In this document: in pieces, positions 49,871 to 62,290 of the stretch
Layout: each line of letters begins with the position of its first letter
Position numbering within the stretch: position 1 is the first letter of the stretch
NCBI RefSeq assembly: GCF_018977255.1
Contig: NW_024704743.1
Location: 89,406,001 to 89,470,000, forward strand
Reading direction: 5' to 3'
Origin: Callorhinchus milii
Taxonomy: Eukaryota
Length of the DNA: 64,000 nucleotides
Program-made: the position numbers and the translations under genes
The notes under the pieces: generated by a model
Told to the model about the DNA's origin: nothing
Database searches by the model: none
The model's input: the letters and a program-made list of their open reading frames with translations, nothing else

Positions 49871-52782
49871 AACTTGTCATGTTTTAAAAGCATTCCTTGT
49901 GTTATTTAATCAAGGTTCATAGGCATGCAATGGGTGGGAGGATAGGAGGGGGGGAAACATCCCCACTTTGATTCTCAGCCAAATCTCGTAGTGAAGTACC
50001 AGAGATAACCCAAATTAATTCTAACGGCAATTTGGTACGGATGAACACATGTGTACATGATTTGTCACAGGTATTCCCTAGAAGCCATATCATAATGTTT
50101 TATTTTTGGGATTCTGGAAACACTAAGACCTACATATTGTTTCTGGCACAATGCGGTAATGAGAAATAAGCCTACCTATTTACATGTTTGGCACTTGTAA
50201 CCTAGCTGAGTGTATTGAGTAGGAAGTATATTTCTCTAAACAGAAGTTACAATCATGGAATTGCACAGTCTCCCAGGCAGCTTTGCTATTAACCCCACTA
50301 CCATCCCAAAGCAAATTTGGGGCTCTGGTTTTCTCTGCTTTTCCATTGCTTTTAAAGTTTTGCCATTTAATGTAGATTTCCTCACCTATTCTTAGATAGA
50401 TAGTATTTGTATGCCATCCTCTCATCCACTAAACTGCCTGTCCTGATGTCTCTTATGGGCCTCATCACAAACCTCATGGCTGCAATTTGAACAGTGTTGA
50501 ACTTTCCCAATTTGAGTTACTGAACCTATTTTATTGCAAATTCCTAAAAATGTTTCCACTTCATATCTTCTTTCGCTTTGCCTCCGATCAACACAATCAA
50601 ATCCCCCTCCTTTCCTTTGCTCAATAAATCCCATTAACTTTGTGAAGTGCTTTATGACATTTGATTATAATAATAATCCTTGCATTTGGTATAGTGACAT
50701 TGGGATTTACTGCACAATGTGTTTGCTGACTGTGTATTTGTAGACATGAAAGGTACTGCAAAGTAAAACTTAATGTTGCAATCAAATGCAATATTCTCCC
50801 CAAATACTGATATTATGTGGGAACAGTTCTACTTTCATAGAGGTAAATCATTCTGCTGTCATATTTCTTAATATAAAAGAAAATAATGCTATGAAAGTGC
50901 TGACATTATTTAACACCTTTGTGCACAAACAGTGGAGCTGATGTTGTGTGGCTCGGCCATCAGTTGTGAAAAAGTGATAACACCCTACTGCCCTATGTTG
51001 CAGCTGAAATAACAGATGAAAGAATCTGAATCAATATCAGCGCTGTCACCATTGAATATTTTTTTAACCTGTAAAAACCTGCATGGACATGTATTTTACA
51101 AATACAATTGATCATTTCATTGCTGACAAGGTTGATTCTTCAGATGTAGGAAAATCCAAAAATGCTAATAATCATTATTATCGTTCAGCACCTGTCATAT
51201 CGGGAGGACATCCCAAAGTGTGCCACAGGATATATTGTAAAGTGCAGTGACTGTGTATTTTGTAGGCGAACGTAGCAGGCAATTTACGCACAACAATGTC
51301 TCACATACAGCAATGAAGCCTAATGTTATTTGGGGGATTATTGGTCAGGACACTGAGAGAAACTCCCTTCTCGAATAATATAATTATCCTTGCATTTGAT
51401 ATAGTTCTTTTCACATCTTCTAGACATCTCAAAGCGCTTCACAGAATATATTTATTCTTTATATAATTTATATAAAATATAATTATTCTCTAGAGAATAA
51501 TTCACAAGTGAAATTATGCATAATAGTTAGGAGATCATCAACTTTTCCCAGTTTAAATTATAAATAAAATAAAACGTAAAATAAATTAAATTGTAGATTC
51601 ATTTTTACTTGTATGAAAGCTCGCTCATACCCGGTAACCTGAGTTATGGATCAATTTAGATCAGGCACATATCTTGCATCAACAGTCAAATAACCTGTTT
51701 TATTGTTGTAAGTATGCTTCCAATCGTGTTGTAAATTTATTTGGACCTCTCAGAGTCCCTCCTACTCCCTTCTCCCTTTCAAGGCAAATTTCAAAACGCA
51801 ATTCTTTGACTACTCTTTCGGTCATCTTCATCCTCCCCTACCGCAATTGGTTCCCCATGGCAGCTCAGATGCCGATCTAGAACCGTGATTGTTCTTTGGG
51901 ATGTCCAAGTGAAAGTTGCTGTATAAATGTAAATCTGTTTTGTTGTATTGCGATGTCCTAAATGTGAATTATTCTAACCACAGATCGGTAAGTACAGACC
52001 TTGAAAAGCCTATCACCACCTTTCTGTCAGTCTCAAAGTAAAACAAAAGTAATTATCCTCACTATTCAATCTCCACTACCTCTCAATCATTTTCTTCACC
52101 AAATAACTATCCAATTCATTCCTCTTGAATCTGCTGATAGAAGCAGCTTCCATCGCCCACCCTGGTAAGTTTATTTCACATATTCACCACTCTCTATACA
52201 GTAATGAAATCTGAATTGTGTGTCGCAAACATCTGCTCATAGATTCCACAATAGTTCTGAATTTACCACCTGGGTACAACAAACTTGACATTCCTATAGG
52301 GTGGATAAAAATAAATCTTTTTTAGCATGCATCACATTGAATAAATTTATCAGTCACTTGCAAAATATCCAATCATTACATTTTCATTTTGCAGTAGACT
52401 TCTGTGAAGCTTTGAGATTTCCTCCCTACATGAAAGGCACTATATCAAATGTAAGGATTATTATTATTATTTATCTTTAATTAATTGTGGATTATTTCTT
52501 ATTGAATTTAAAGAAATATTATAATCACTATTCCTCTTCTGTGAAGAACATAACATTAAATATATAGAGCCCATTGTCAAATCATTTTGAAAGCTTCAAA
52601 TGAAAGACAACAAAATTAAATGGGAAAGAAGAATTGTTTTCACCAATAGGATGAAGATCACATGGAACAATACACTAGCACAGGTGGCAAAACAAAGAAC
52701 AATACAGGGTTTCAATCTAGAACTAGACAAATTTCTGAAAAGGATTAAGATTATTAGGTGATGTTAGGATTATTAGATTATG

Positions 52783-53130
52783 TTTCAAAGGAGTGTTTTG
52801 AAGATTTGATATTGACTACAATTTTGATATATATCTTAGAGGAGCGCTGCATTATCGGAAGAGTGTCCATAAGATGAGACATTAAACTGAGGTCCCATCT
52901 GACTTCAGTGAGGGTTCAGTGAACGATAAAGATCCCATGGCACTATTCAAAATGAAACAATCCTCTTGTTAAATTGGTCATTCACATACTGACTGTTTGT
53001 GGGACATTACCAAGTGTAAATTGGCTGCTGTGTTCACCAACAAATACACAGTTGCTACATTTAGCAGTAACTAGTGTGAAATACTTCGGGACATTTTAAT
53101 GTGATAAGGCAACATGTCAAATGCACAATT
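52783..53130 (+). mobile_element. Deu-domain SINE fragment with unique 5' flank duplicated at 55233
   Basis: gcgctgcattatcggaagagtgtccataagatgagacattaaactgaggtcccatc...aaagatcccatggcactattc. Confidence 0.7.
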
Positions 53131-54325
53131 TATTGTACTAACATTGGAAAGTGGTTAAATTAAATATCTGGTAAAGGGCTAAATTAATTATTAATGTAAT
53201 TATTATTTACATGGATGCCATCGGGCTGTTGTCAAGGAGCCTGGTATTGTGCCCTAACAGCAGTGAATTTAAAAGGTAAGTAGCTTGAAGGTGTATTATT
53301 GTTATGAAAACTGCTTGACAAATCTTCATTCGGTATGAGTCAGAAGAGCCATGGATGATTACCCCGTGGCCTCAGCAAGATAGCTGGTACCAAAGAATTC
53401 TCTGATTTTCTGCTCCAATTCCAATTGCTGCTCCAATTATGATTATAAGCGTTTGAATACAGCAAAAAAATTGGCTATTGATTTAGCTGGATCAATATAC
53501 TGTGAAGCAGAGCTCAAATGCTGACTGTGGGATCAAAAAAAGTAATCGGGATCTGCAAAGTGGCAGCTACGCATCCTTTTAAATCAGCCTTTGGGTCAAA
53601 TTACTGCATTAAAATCAGGAGGAGCAAGATATTCCATTTGACCCAATTTTTAGGAATGGTTGGAAAAAGATAAAGTTTCAAAACATTTAATGTTATAATT
53701 TTCAAATCAAACCTGTTATGAAACTTTGCATTGTTATCTCCATTCTTGTTTTGCGTTCTTTTTCTATTTTCTGACATTGTCATCTTGAACATTAGGTCAA
53801 AAACTATGTCTCAAAGTTATGCAGTTCAACAGCATTATAGGAAGGATAAAGTGTTTCTAAAGCTGAATTGTTTTTCTCAACAAACATTTCCATTGTAGAA
53901 GGCCGGAATTCAAATTTGCCCACTGAAACAAAATCTGGCAGACGAGTCCTGAAGCCCATACTTAACGGAAATGCTGTACATTTTATAATCATTGCATGTG
54001 ATACAGGCCTTATTCTATAATCGAGATGTCTCAAAACACTTCACAGGATTTACAATTTACGGGAAAGATTGCTATCTGGTAAATACACCGTACTCTTCCA
54101 TCTTTTATGGTGGTAAGTACACACCATGGATTGCAAACTTTTCTATGGAGAAAGAAAATTTTATGTTTTTACACTTGGTGAAGGTGAGGGTCAAATCTAT
54201 GTAGGCACTCCCTGATTCATGGCATCTTTAACTCCCAATAGACCATGGTAAATCACCACGGCAGCAGATTTTCCAATTCCGCTCATCTCAAGACCTAACT
54301 TTGAAAACAAATATTTAACATGAAC

Positions 54326-54514
54326 CTATTATTTTCCATCAAGTGAAACATTATACGTAAACATAATATTCATAAATAATAATTATAATATTATACATAC
54401 ATATAAATTAAACTATTATTTCCCATCAAGTGAAACATTATACGTAAACATAATATTCATAAATAATAATTATAATATTATACATACATATAAATTAAAC
54501 TTTTATTTCCCATC
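54326..54514. repeat. AT-rich tandem repeat, 87-bp unit, about 2.2 copies
   Basis: Unit starts at 54326, 54413 and 54500 (ctattatt.ccatcaagtgaaacattatacgtaaacataat...). Confidence 0.92.
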
Positions 54515-56198
54515 ATAAACACCATTTATCTCTTCAGTGGTTACAAATTATTGCTTTGTCAAATTACCAAAGTATAGTTTTAAACATTTCACAAAAAAAG
54601 GATGAAATAGCTATTTTGGTAATTCACTGATGCTTTTGGTTCTTTCGAAATTACCTTAAACTACAGTAATTTCAAACCACAATGAATCTTGAAAATCTAA
54701 TCTGTTTAACAGTGGGGGTGAACTTCCAAATTCAATCATCATGACAGAGGAAAGTCAAGTCAAAGCCACAGGAAAGGAAGGAAAATCAGATAATGAGTCA
54801 CTCTAGGTCTTGTAATCCCAGCGGGTAAAGAGAGAAATAAACTTGCATTTTTATGTTGAAATGTCTTATGGGGCTTTGCAGGCTACTGCTGTCGAGTGCA
54901 GTGACTTGTTTTTCTGGACAAAAGCAGCAATCATTTGCACCAATATGTTCCCATGAACATCCATTTAGTCCAGAGTGTTGTCAACCATGACGCTGGAAGA
55001 AACTCCCTTCTCTTTTCAAATTTCTCTTTTAAAGTCCAACTGAACAGGCAGAAATGTTGCAAACAGTAAGAGAAGGATGTATCAATACTACTGGATTGTA
55101 AATTACGTGAAGCTTTATATTTCTTTGTGCTCAAAATACTGCGTCTGCTATAGCCTCTGTGTCATTTACGAGTTTCATTGTAAAACAGCAAGCTATTTTT
55201 TTATTAACATTTCATAATTTTTTGTTTTAAATTTTCAAAGTGTTTTGAAGATTTGATACTGACTATAATTTTGATATACGTCTTGGAGGAGTGCTGCATT
55301 ATTGGAAGAGTGTCCGTAAGATGAGACATTATTAAACTGAGGTCCCATTTGACTGTTCAATGGACGTTAAAGATCTATTCAAAATGAGAAGGGAGTTTCT
55401 CATGGTGTCCTGGCTAATAATCCCCTTGTTGCAGGACATCTTAATAGCTACAGAATTAAGGAGTTTGGGCATTTTTCTGCTCCATGCCTATTTCATACTG
55501 CACGTTGTGACAGCAATCCACTGGCACACGTGAGTTATAAACAGGAACCCATGTAACACAAAACTGGAGATATGCTTCTCAGAGCACCTGGAAAAGAAGT
55601 GATGTGATTCAAACCTGCAGGATAAACAGGGTGGATGTTAATTGCTCACTCATCTTCTTCCCACTACATGCAACATAAATCTAGAATAAGCGCAGCAATT
55701 CTTTGATGTGCACTTGGAATTAGAATGGAAAATACACTTAGAGAACCAAGCAGAACAACCCCTTCTGTTTTAAAAACAGGAAAAATAATCTCAGAAATTT
55801 CTGAAGCTGGTTCCCTGTTTTGGGAGTGTGTCAACTGCTTAATAATGTATTTTTGCTTCTGGTGTCACTAACTAGCCACCATTTTCTCTTTAAATATGAT
55901 GATTTGAGACATGTACGTAAATATTAACATTCTCCGCAATTGAAAAAAAATCTGAATATTTCAATGATATGTACTAAGCTTTAAATGTGACCTGGAAACT
56001 TCATCCACTAGGAAGCGAGCACATGAAAAGCAAGACAAATTGTCACAATACATAAATGCAGCATTCGTAAACTGGTAGACACTGCATTAATTGCAAATTC
56101 TGATTTACAACTAAAATTGTAAAATTCATTAAACTGGAACACCAAGAAACTAGACCATGTTGAGGTCTATGTTGAGACACAAATATAAAGATACTAAC

Positions 56199-56331
56199 CA
56201 TAACCTGCTGGATATTTTCTCCACTCCATTATGGCAACCAATTTATTTGTAGAAAGTTTTGGCCATTGAGCATAAAAAGGGCAGGATTGGATCAATTCTT
56301 TCTTCCTTATTTTGTCGTGCAGAATGATTTC
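56199..56331 (-). CDS. CNBD1: CNBD1-like exon EIILHDKIRKKELIQSCPFYAQWPKLSTNKLVAIMEWRKYPAGY
   Basis: Acceptor cttttcattttgcattgaag, donor G|gttagt; 133 nt, phase 0 to 1; matches CNBD1 LIRMCPYYEEWPTLSIYELIALLKWKKFPPGH. Confidence 0.93.
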
Positions 56332-56462
56332 CTTCAATGCAAAATGAAAAGAATTTTGTGTTTCTTGATATCTTTCTTGTTTAAGATTCCTAAAAGCATT
56401 GTCAGAAACGGAGGGAGACAAGGAATTCAATAATTGGGTGTGGAATTCAATAATGTTCTCAC

Positions 56463-56600
56463 CTCTTTTATTCTCCGATATTCTCGGACAGATATTTTGA
56501 GCATTTGACAGTAGGATTCTGTGATGACGCTCAGAACACTGCTGCTTACATCTAGGTTTGGAATTGGTTCCAAAGTGCCAAAGCAGCTGCCAACGCTTAG
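56463..56600 (-). CDS. CNBD1: CNBD1-like exon LSVGSCFGTLEPIPNLDVSSSVLSVITESYCQMLKISVREYRRIKE (end of first cNMP-binding domain)
   Basis: Acceptor ttttggttttgtattgtcag, donor GAG|gtgaga; 138 nt, phase 0-0; matches CNBD1 FGTLEVMP...SVVTEDDCEILKIPAKGYAKIKE. Confidence 0.92.
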
Positions 56601-56959
56601 CTGACAATACAAAACCAAAACAATTAATTTCTGAAGAGTCTCATTCCAAATTCCAGATTTTCATTTCACGTTGTCAACAGTTCATTTTAACAATCAAACA
56701 TACATACATACACACACCAGGTATTCATTTATACAGAGGGTAACATACAACAGGCCAGGTTATCAAGAAGAATGGTTGAGGTCGGAAAATAGGACTAATT
56801 TAAGAATTATCTTGATGCTACATGGTGCTTAATGCAATGGTTGGATGCACATATGATACTTAGAGGAAGTGGCTGATGAAACTGGTTGTGTTCCAGCAGG
56901 TATATTTTGGGACTCAATGGAAATGGGAGTGGGGCCAATGGACTAGAGAACAGGGAACA

Positions 56960-57960
56960 AAACACCAACTTCCAAAAAAGAGTCAGAACAATAACCCAGG
57001 GAACCACAGGTCAGTGCATTTGATAGCAGTGCATTTAAACATTGGAGGGACCCCTGAAAGCATGAAATAATGAAGCATCTAAGGAAATACACAATGATAA
57101 GGGAGACTGAGGATAGTTTTATAGGTAGATTGCACAATATAAATATATTTGAGTATCTTGCAGAAATAACAGAGCTTGGGCGTATTGGGAACTCATGGAA
57201 GTAGATTTTAGAAAAGCTTCTGATAGTGCCAGGGAAATCAGCTCACAGTGCTGGAAGGCAGAAATGAGTGGGGAGCTTCAGAACACTGGTGATAATTAAC
57301 ACATCAGCAGGAATTCTGTCTTGCTAATAACTAAAGGGAGACCTCTGCAACTTCCCACAAATGGCTGGGTCTTAAGAAAAATAGATTGGAAGGTAAGTTA
57401 CGAAGAATTATCTTGTTAAATGATAATAAAAATTAATAATAATCCTTGTATTTGGTATAGCACCTCATCACGTTGTTGAGATGTCTCAAGGCACTTCACA
57501 AGATTTTACTGTGAAGTGTAGTAACTATGTGGTTACTCCAACACTGCAACTCATAGCCCATCTCAAGATGCTACTTAACAGTGCCTTTGGTCATCCCCCT
57601 GATGATGATAGGAGGCTTAGAATAGGGTGGACAGGAAACAATTATTTCTGGGGGTCAGGGGTCCAATGAATAGAGAGCATGGTTTTATAATCAGAACTGG
57701 AAGGTCCAAAACAGAGTTTAGGAAAAACCTTTTTCACACAGAGAGAGGTAGGAGTGTGGAATTCTCAGTCACAGTTAGTTGTTGGGGTAACAACCATGCG
57801 CACACACAGAAAAAGACTGGACAGAGTTAGGAAGTTCAGGGATATGGTAAAAAAAAGAGGAAATGGGACTAGAGATAGGATATAGGATAAGCACTTGTGT
57901 GAATTATTGTCTGATCTGGATGGGCCAAATAGCCTGTTTCTGAGGTGTACCATCTATAAA
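56960..57960 (+). mobile_element. Fragmented old CR1-type LINE with SINE tail inserted
   Basis: NNPGNHRSV (NPGNYRPV-like), gattttagaaaagcttctgatag (DF.KAFD-like), and 3' end gatgggccaaatagcctgtttctgaggtgta. Confidence 0.55.
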
Positions 57961-58726
57961 TCTATGACCCATTGTGATAGAATAGGGGTGGGTGACAATC
58001 GGCTGCCTTGCCTACCTCCCCATTTTAAGAGGGCTGGGCTCAGTGAGTCTACTGTCGACCCTGATATGGATCTTCGAACTGGAATACACATTCCAAATAA
58101 AATACCAAATTTGGCATGTATTTTCAAGGTGTCCAGTTTCACCAAAGGCAGCGGCAAACTGGTTCCCTGAAAGGGCTCAAGATCGTCATGTAAAATGGGG
58201 GTCCCAATTTGTGAAGGATGGCAATTCATGGAGGCACTAATTCATGGGGGGGGGGGAGCTAAAAAACATAAAACGTCCACTCATTTAATAACTTTGTCCT
58301 GTTTAAACGGCTGCAAAATGGTGGTAAGTATTGTGAGGCATTCATCGGGGCACTCTGGAAATTTCCTGATTTCTCATACACCCAGTCTACCCCCGATCAT
58401 GAGGGCTTTATGATGCACTAGGTCGAAAGCCTTTTGGAAGTCGATGAACAGAACCTAGGTGGATTTCCCCCTAGCCTTATTATGTTCTGCGATCTCAAGC
58501 AAAACCACAAACTATCACACACAATCTTCATGAGAACGGAAGCTAGCCTATTCTTCCTGATCAAACTATTAACATGCAATGTATGCGATACATATGCAGT
58601 AACTACTTGAAGCACCACTTTGAGAGCCACTGAAATCATTGAAATCCCTCTGTCGTTCTCAGTCTCAGTAGGGTCATCCTTCTTGTGGACAGAAACCACT
58701 TCTATATTTATCATAGTCTGCTCCAT
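57960..58726 (-). mobile_element. Degraded non-LTR RT fragment of a clade distinct from the local L2/CR1 copies, interrupted internally
   Basis: VSVHKKDDPTETENDRGISMIS (KKGDP...NYRGISL), LFIDFQKAFDLVHHKAL, GGRQGSRLSP. Confidence 0.7.
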
Positions 58727-59274
58727 AATTATATTGTGGTATATTCAAATAACATTTCTCAGGGAAATTATTTACGTTTGAGTCAACAAAGTAGGAAACC
58801 TTGTTTTTTTTCATTATATTCATTATCTACCAATTTTACATATACTTGATAATAGAGGAAATTAAGTGACCAGGATTATTCCTCAGTGTGAATGTAGTCC
58901 TGGAGAGTATTGTTAAATTGAAAACATTTTCCTCCCTTGATTTTCCTCTCAGGGCTGTATTCTCCACTATTGCTGGTAACAAATTTGCCTGCTGGGATTA
59001 TTTTTCACAACTATCAGTAAGCATCACAGCAAAATGTTGATACCTTCAACTCAGCAGTGTTCAAGTAATGTTCAAAAACATAATGGAGTAATTTGGATCT
59101 CTAAGTTTGCTCCTTCCACAGACCATGCATAATCTAATAATAATCTTTGCATTTGATATAGCGCCTTATCACGTCACCGAGAATCTACCCGGTCATGGAG
59201 TATATCTCCTCACCCATTTATGTTGCGAGGGAAAATTATGTTGCCTGATCTTTCAAATGCTACCCACCATATTC

Positions 59275-59885
59275 AACAACAACAACAATCCAAGCAGTGT
59301 AGTGTCTCAGAGCGCTTAACAGTGGCGGAGCCTGACTCCAAGCCGGGGATGGGGGGTGGGGGAGGTGATCATAAGCACGGTCAAAAAGGCAAGTTTTCAG
59401 GTGGGATTTGAAAAAGGGGCGAGATCCGACAAGGCGGAGGGATTGAGGGAGAACATTCCACAGTCTTGAGGCATAGTGGCTGTAAGTGCGACCTCCATTG
59501 GTGGAGCAGAGAGTGCGAGAGACAAGTAGGAGGCAATGCCAGTCAAGTGGAGGCTTCGGGTGGTGAATTGGGGAGTGAAGAGGTAGGGAGGTGTCAAGGA
59601 GTTAATGGATTTGAACACGTGTGAGGATCCTGAAGTCAATCTGTTCGGTGATGGGGAGCCAGTGGAGCCTGGCCAGAACTGGTGAGATGGGGGTATGGAG
59701 TATGCGGGCAGCAGAGTTCTGAATGAGCTGGATTTTTTGAATCGTGGAGTTGGGGAGACCAGCGAAGAGTTTGTTTGATATTCCAGGTGGGAGGTGACAA
59801 ACGCATGCAAGAGGGTTTCGGCTGCATTTGGGATATAGTACGGTAGGAAGTGGGCAAAGTGGCGGAGGTGGAGGACAATTCATCC
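59275..59885 (-). mobile_element. L2 LINE 3' fragment
   Basis: HAFVTSHLEY, IQLIQNSAARIL, PISPVLARLHWLPITEQIDFRIL; (AAC)n tail. Confidence 0.88.
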
Positions 59886-61492
59886 ACATTGACACCATTC
59901 AGTCTATTTGTGAGAGGAATTCTGGGTTTTGAGGTGGACAGGGGAAATGGGGAGGAGAGGACAAGTCACAATTATCCTCACTTTCTGTGTGCTACACTTG
60001 CAAAGTGTGCAGGAATTGATGTCAGCAGCAATCTAATGTCATCCGGCATTTTGAAGCAACATAAATCTCATTTGTCAAATTCTTAAATAATCTTAATTTT
60101 GAGATTTATTTAGATAAATTCTTTAAGAACTAGAGTTACTGTTGAATTCAATAATGTGCCAAATCTCTGCATGCTAAAAAAAAAGTAGTGTAAAATAAGA
60201 GCCAGGTGGAATGTCTACCTCTTTCTTGCTGGCCAATGCCCTTTAATGCTTTCCTCCCCCACTCAGAGAAAACCGTAAAATCTTAAGGTATGCAAAAGGG
60301 GTTGGAAAAAAGAATGAGGGGTACATACCAAACAAAGGTTTTGGAGAGGGAAGGAAATCAAATTTTCTAAGGATTTTATTTCAGTTAGGAGAATTGACTT
60401 ATAAGTCACATGCTTCAGAAATCAAAAATTATGAAACAGGAAATAGAGTTGAAAAAAGAGCTCCTCAAGAAATACTGGCATCTTAGTGCCAATAACTGTG
60501 CTTGAAACAGCACCTTGAGATATAAGCTGTATGTAGTGGAGAAATGCATATAAATCACACTTCTCGCAAGAGCTTGACTCCAACCGAAAATCACATTAGA
60601 CCCGAGGATCAGCCCATTGGTATTAATAATAAAAACTCTTAGCAATTCCAGCAACATCTTAAATACCAACATATCTAGAACAGCAACAGCTTCAATCCAA
60701 GGGATGTATATGACACTGCCAGACATCAATCTATTTGGCACTGTCATTCATATTGCCCAATTATGTTGCATTAGTGATTGTTCTAAAATTCTGAGGCAGG
60801 ACATGGAAAATTTGTTAATCCATCAACAAACTCAGTACTTTGTCAAACTGATTTGATAGGTACTTTCACACATGGAGAAGAGTTGAGCTTGCCAGTGTTT
60901 ACTAAAAGCTACTAAAAGGAATTTAAATCCAATTAAATTAGATTTAATGGGACTAATGTGCAATATTTGCAGAACAGTTTTGTTGCATTAATTGCAATTT
61001 CTAGTTGGATTGCTAGATTCTGATGTACTTCTGTGAATGGTGAATCCCAAACCAGCAAGATTTTTTAAAAAAAGTCCTGTGAGGAAACCAGCATCCTTTT
61101 GCTTTAAAAAATGTGTAAAAAAAACACTGGGGTGGAAAAAGGGCTCATCGTATCACCAAAAATAGTGCTTTGTCTCATATATTGTCTGCATCAGGGATAT
61201 CTTTGCCTACAAAACACACAATCGATACACTTTACAGTGGGTCTGATGAAGCACTTTGAGACATCCTCCTGACTTGAAGGGTGTTGTATCAAATGCAATG
61301 ATTATTATCATTAGTATTACATCATGTCAACTCGCCTTGGAAATATGGATTCACTATTTGCAAATCTCACAATCTGATATTTGTAAAGTAAAAGTCCCAA
61401 TTAATGCAACAAATCCATTTGAGAACCCACTGATATTAACAAAAAAATCACCATATCATATAAATTAACCCATTTTAGAATATTTGCAAAAT

Positions 61493-61803
61493 ATAATAAT
61501 AATAATCCTTGCATTTGATATCGCGCTTTTCACGTCTTCTAGACGTCCCAAAGCGCTTCACAGAATATACTGTAGTGAATTGACTGTATATTTGTGGGCG
61601 AACATGGCAGCCAATTGCGCACAGCAATGTCCCACAACCAGTCATGGATTAAAAATGACCAATTTATTATTGTTTTTTTTTGAGGGATTATTATTAGGTG
61701 TGTGGAGTAAGAAAACTTGCCCAAGGTTTCACCCTGCCTGGAATTGAACTCAGGTCTCTCACTTGCAAAGCGAGTGCTCTAACCACTGAGCTACAGGACT
61801 CCA
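61493..61803 (-). mobile_element. Young full-length tRNA-headed SINE, short variant
   Basis: Near-identical to 43345-43669; followed by a 13-bp tandem duplication gagggagctattt. Confidence 0.93.
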
Positions 61804-62174
61804 CGAGGGAGCTATTTGAGGGAGCTATTTAATTTTGACCAAACCTTCACTGAAACCATACAACAAATAACTTGAGGATAGGGTAATAGATCACCTTAAA
61901 CATGAACATTTTAAATAAATCAACATTTACTTTATTAAAATAAATTTAGACTGTCCAATTATTTTTTTCTCTAATTTTCTCCCTTCTGGCCTATGCCTCT
62001 CTGCTTTTGTCTGGCCTTCTCTTGCTGAAGTGCTGTTCCACAGGCTACTGATAGTTATGTGCAAGCCATTGCAGTGAGTGTCAGCAGCCTACCTGACTAC
62101 AGAGGGTGTCACAGCGAGCCTCACGTCTCTCTATCTGACTGTCGCACAACCAGTAATGGGTGATGCTTTGAGCG

Positions 62175-62290
62175 TGAGGACCAGGTGTCAGCCTAAACAA
62201 TGAGCTTAAAGTCCAAATGTGGGTTTTGAACCCAGAACCTACTGACTCTGAGATGAGAGTGCTACTCAATGAGCTAGGCTGACACCATTT
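62175..62290 (-). mobile_element. Head of a Deu-domain SINE
   Basis: ttgaacccagaacctactgactctgagatgagagtgctactcaatgagctaggctgacac. Confidence 0.65.

Noticed and set aside
60415..60856. 110-aa and 79-aa ORFs as upstream CNBD1 exons
   Set aside because: No similarity to the expected CNBD1 segment (GFYVILKG); at best a decayed RTE-like fragment. No further CNBD1 exon was found in 56601-64000.
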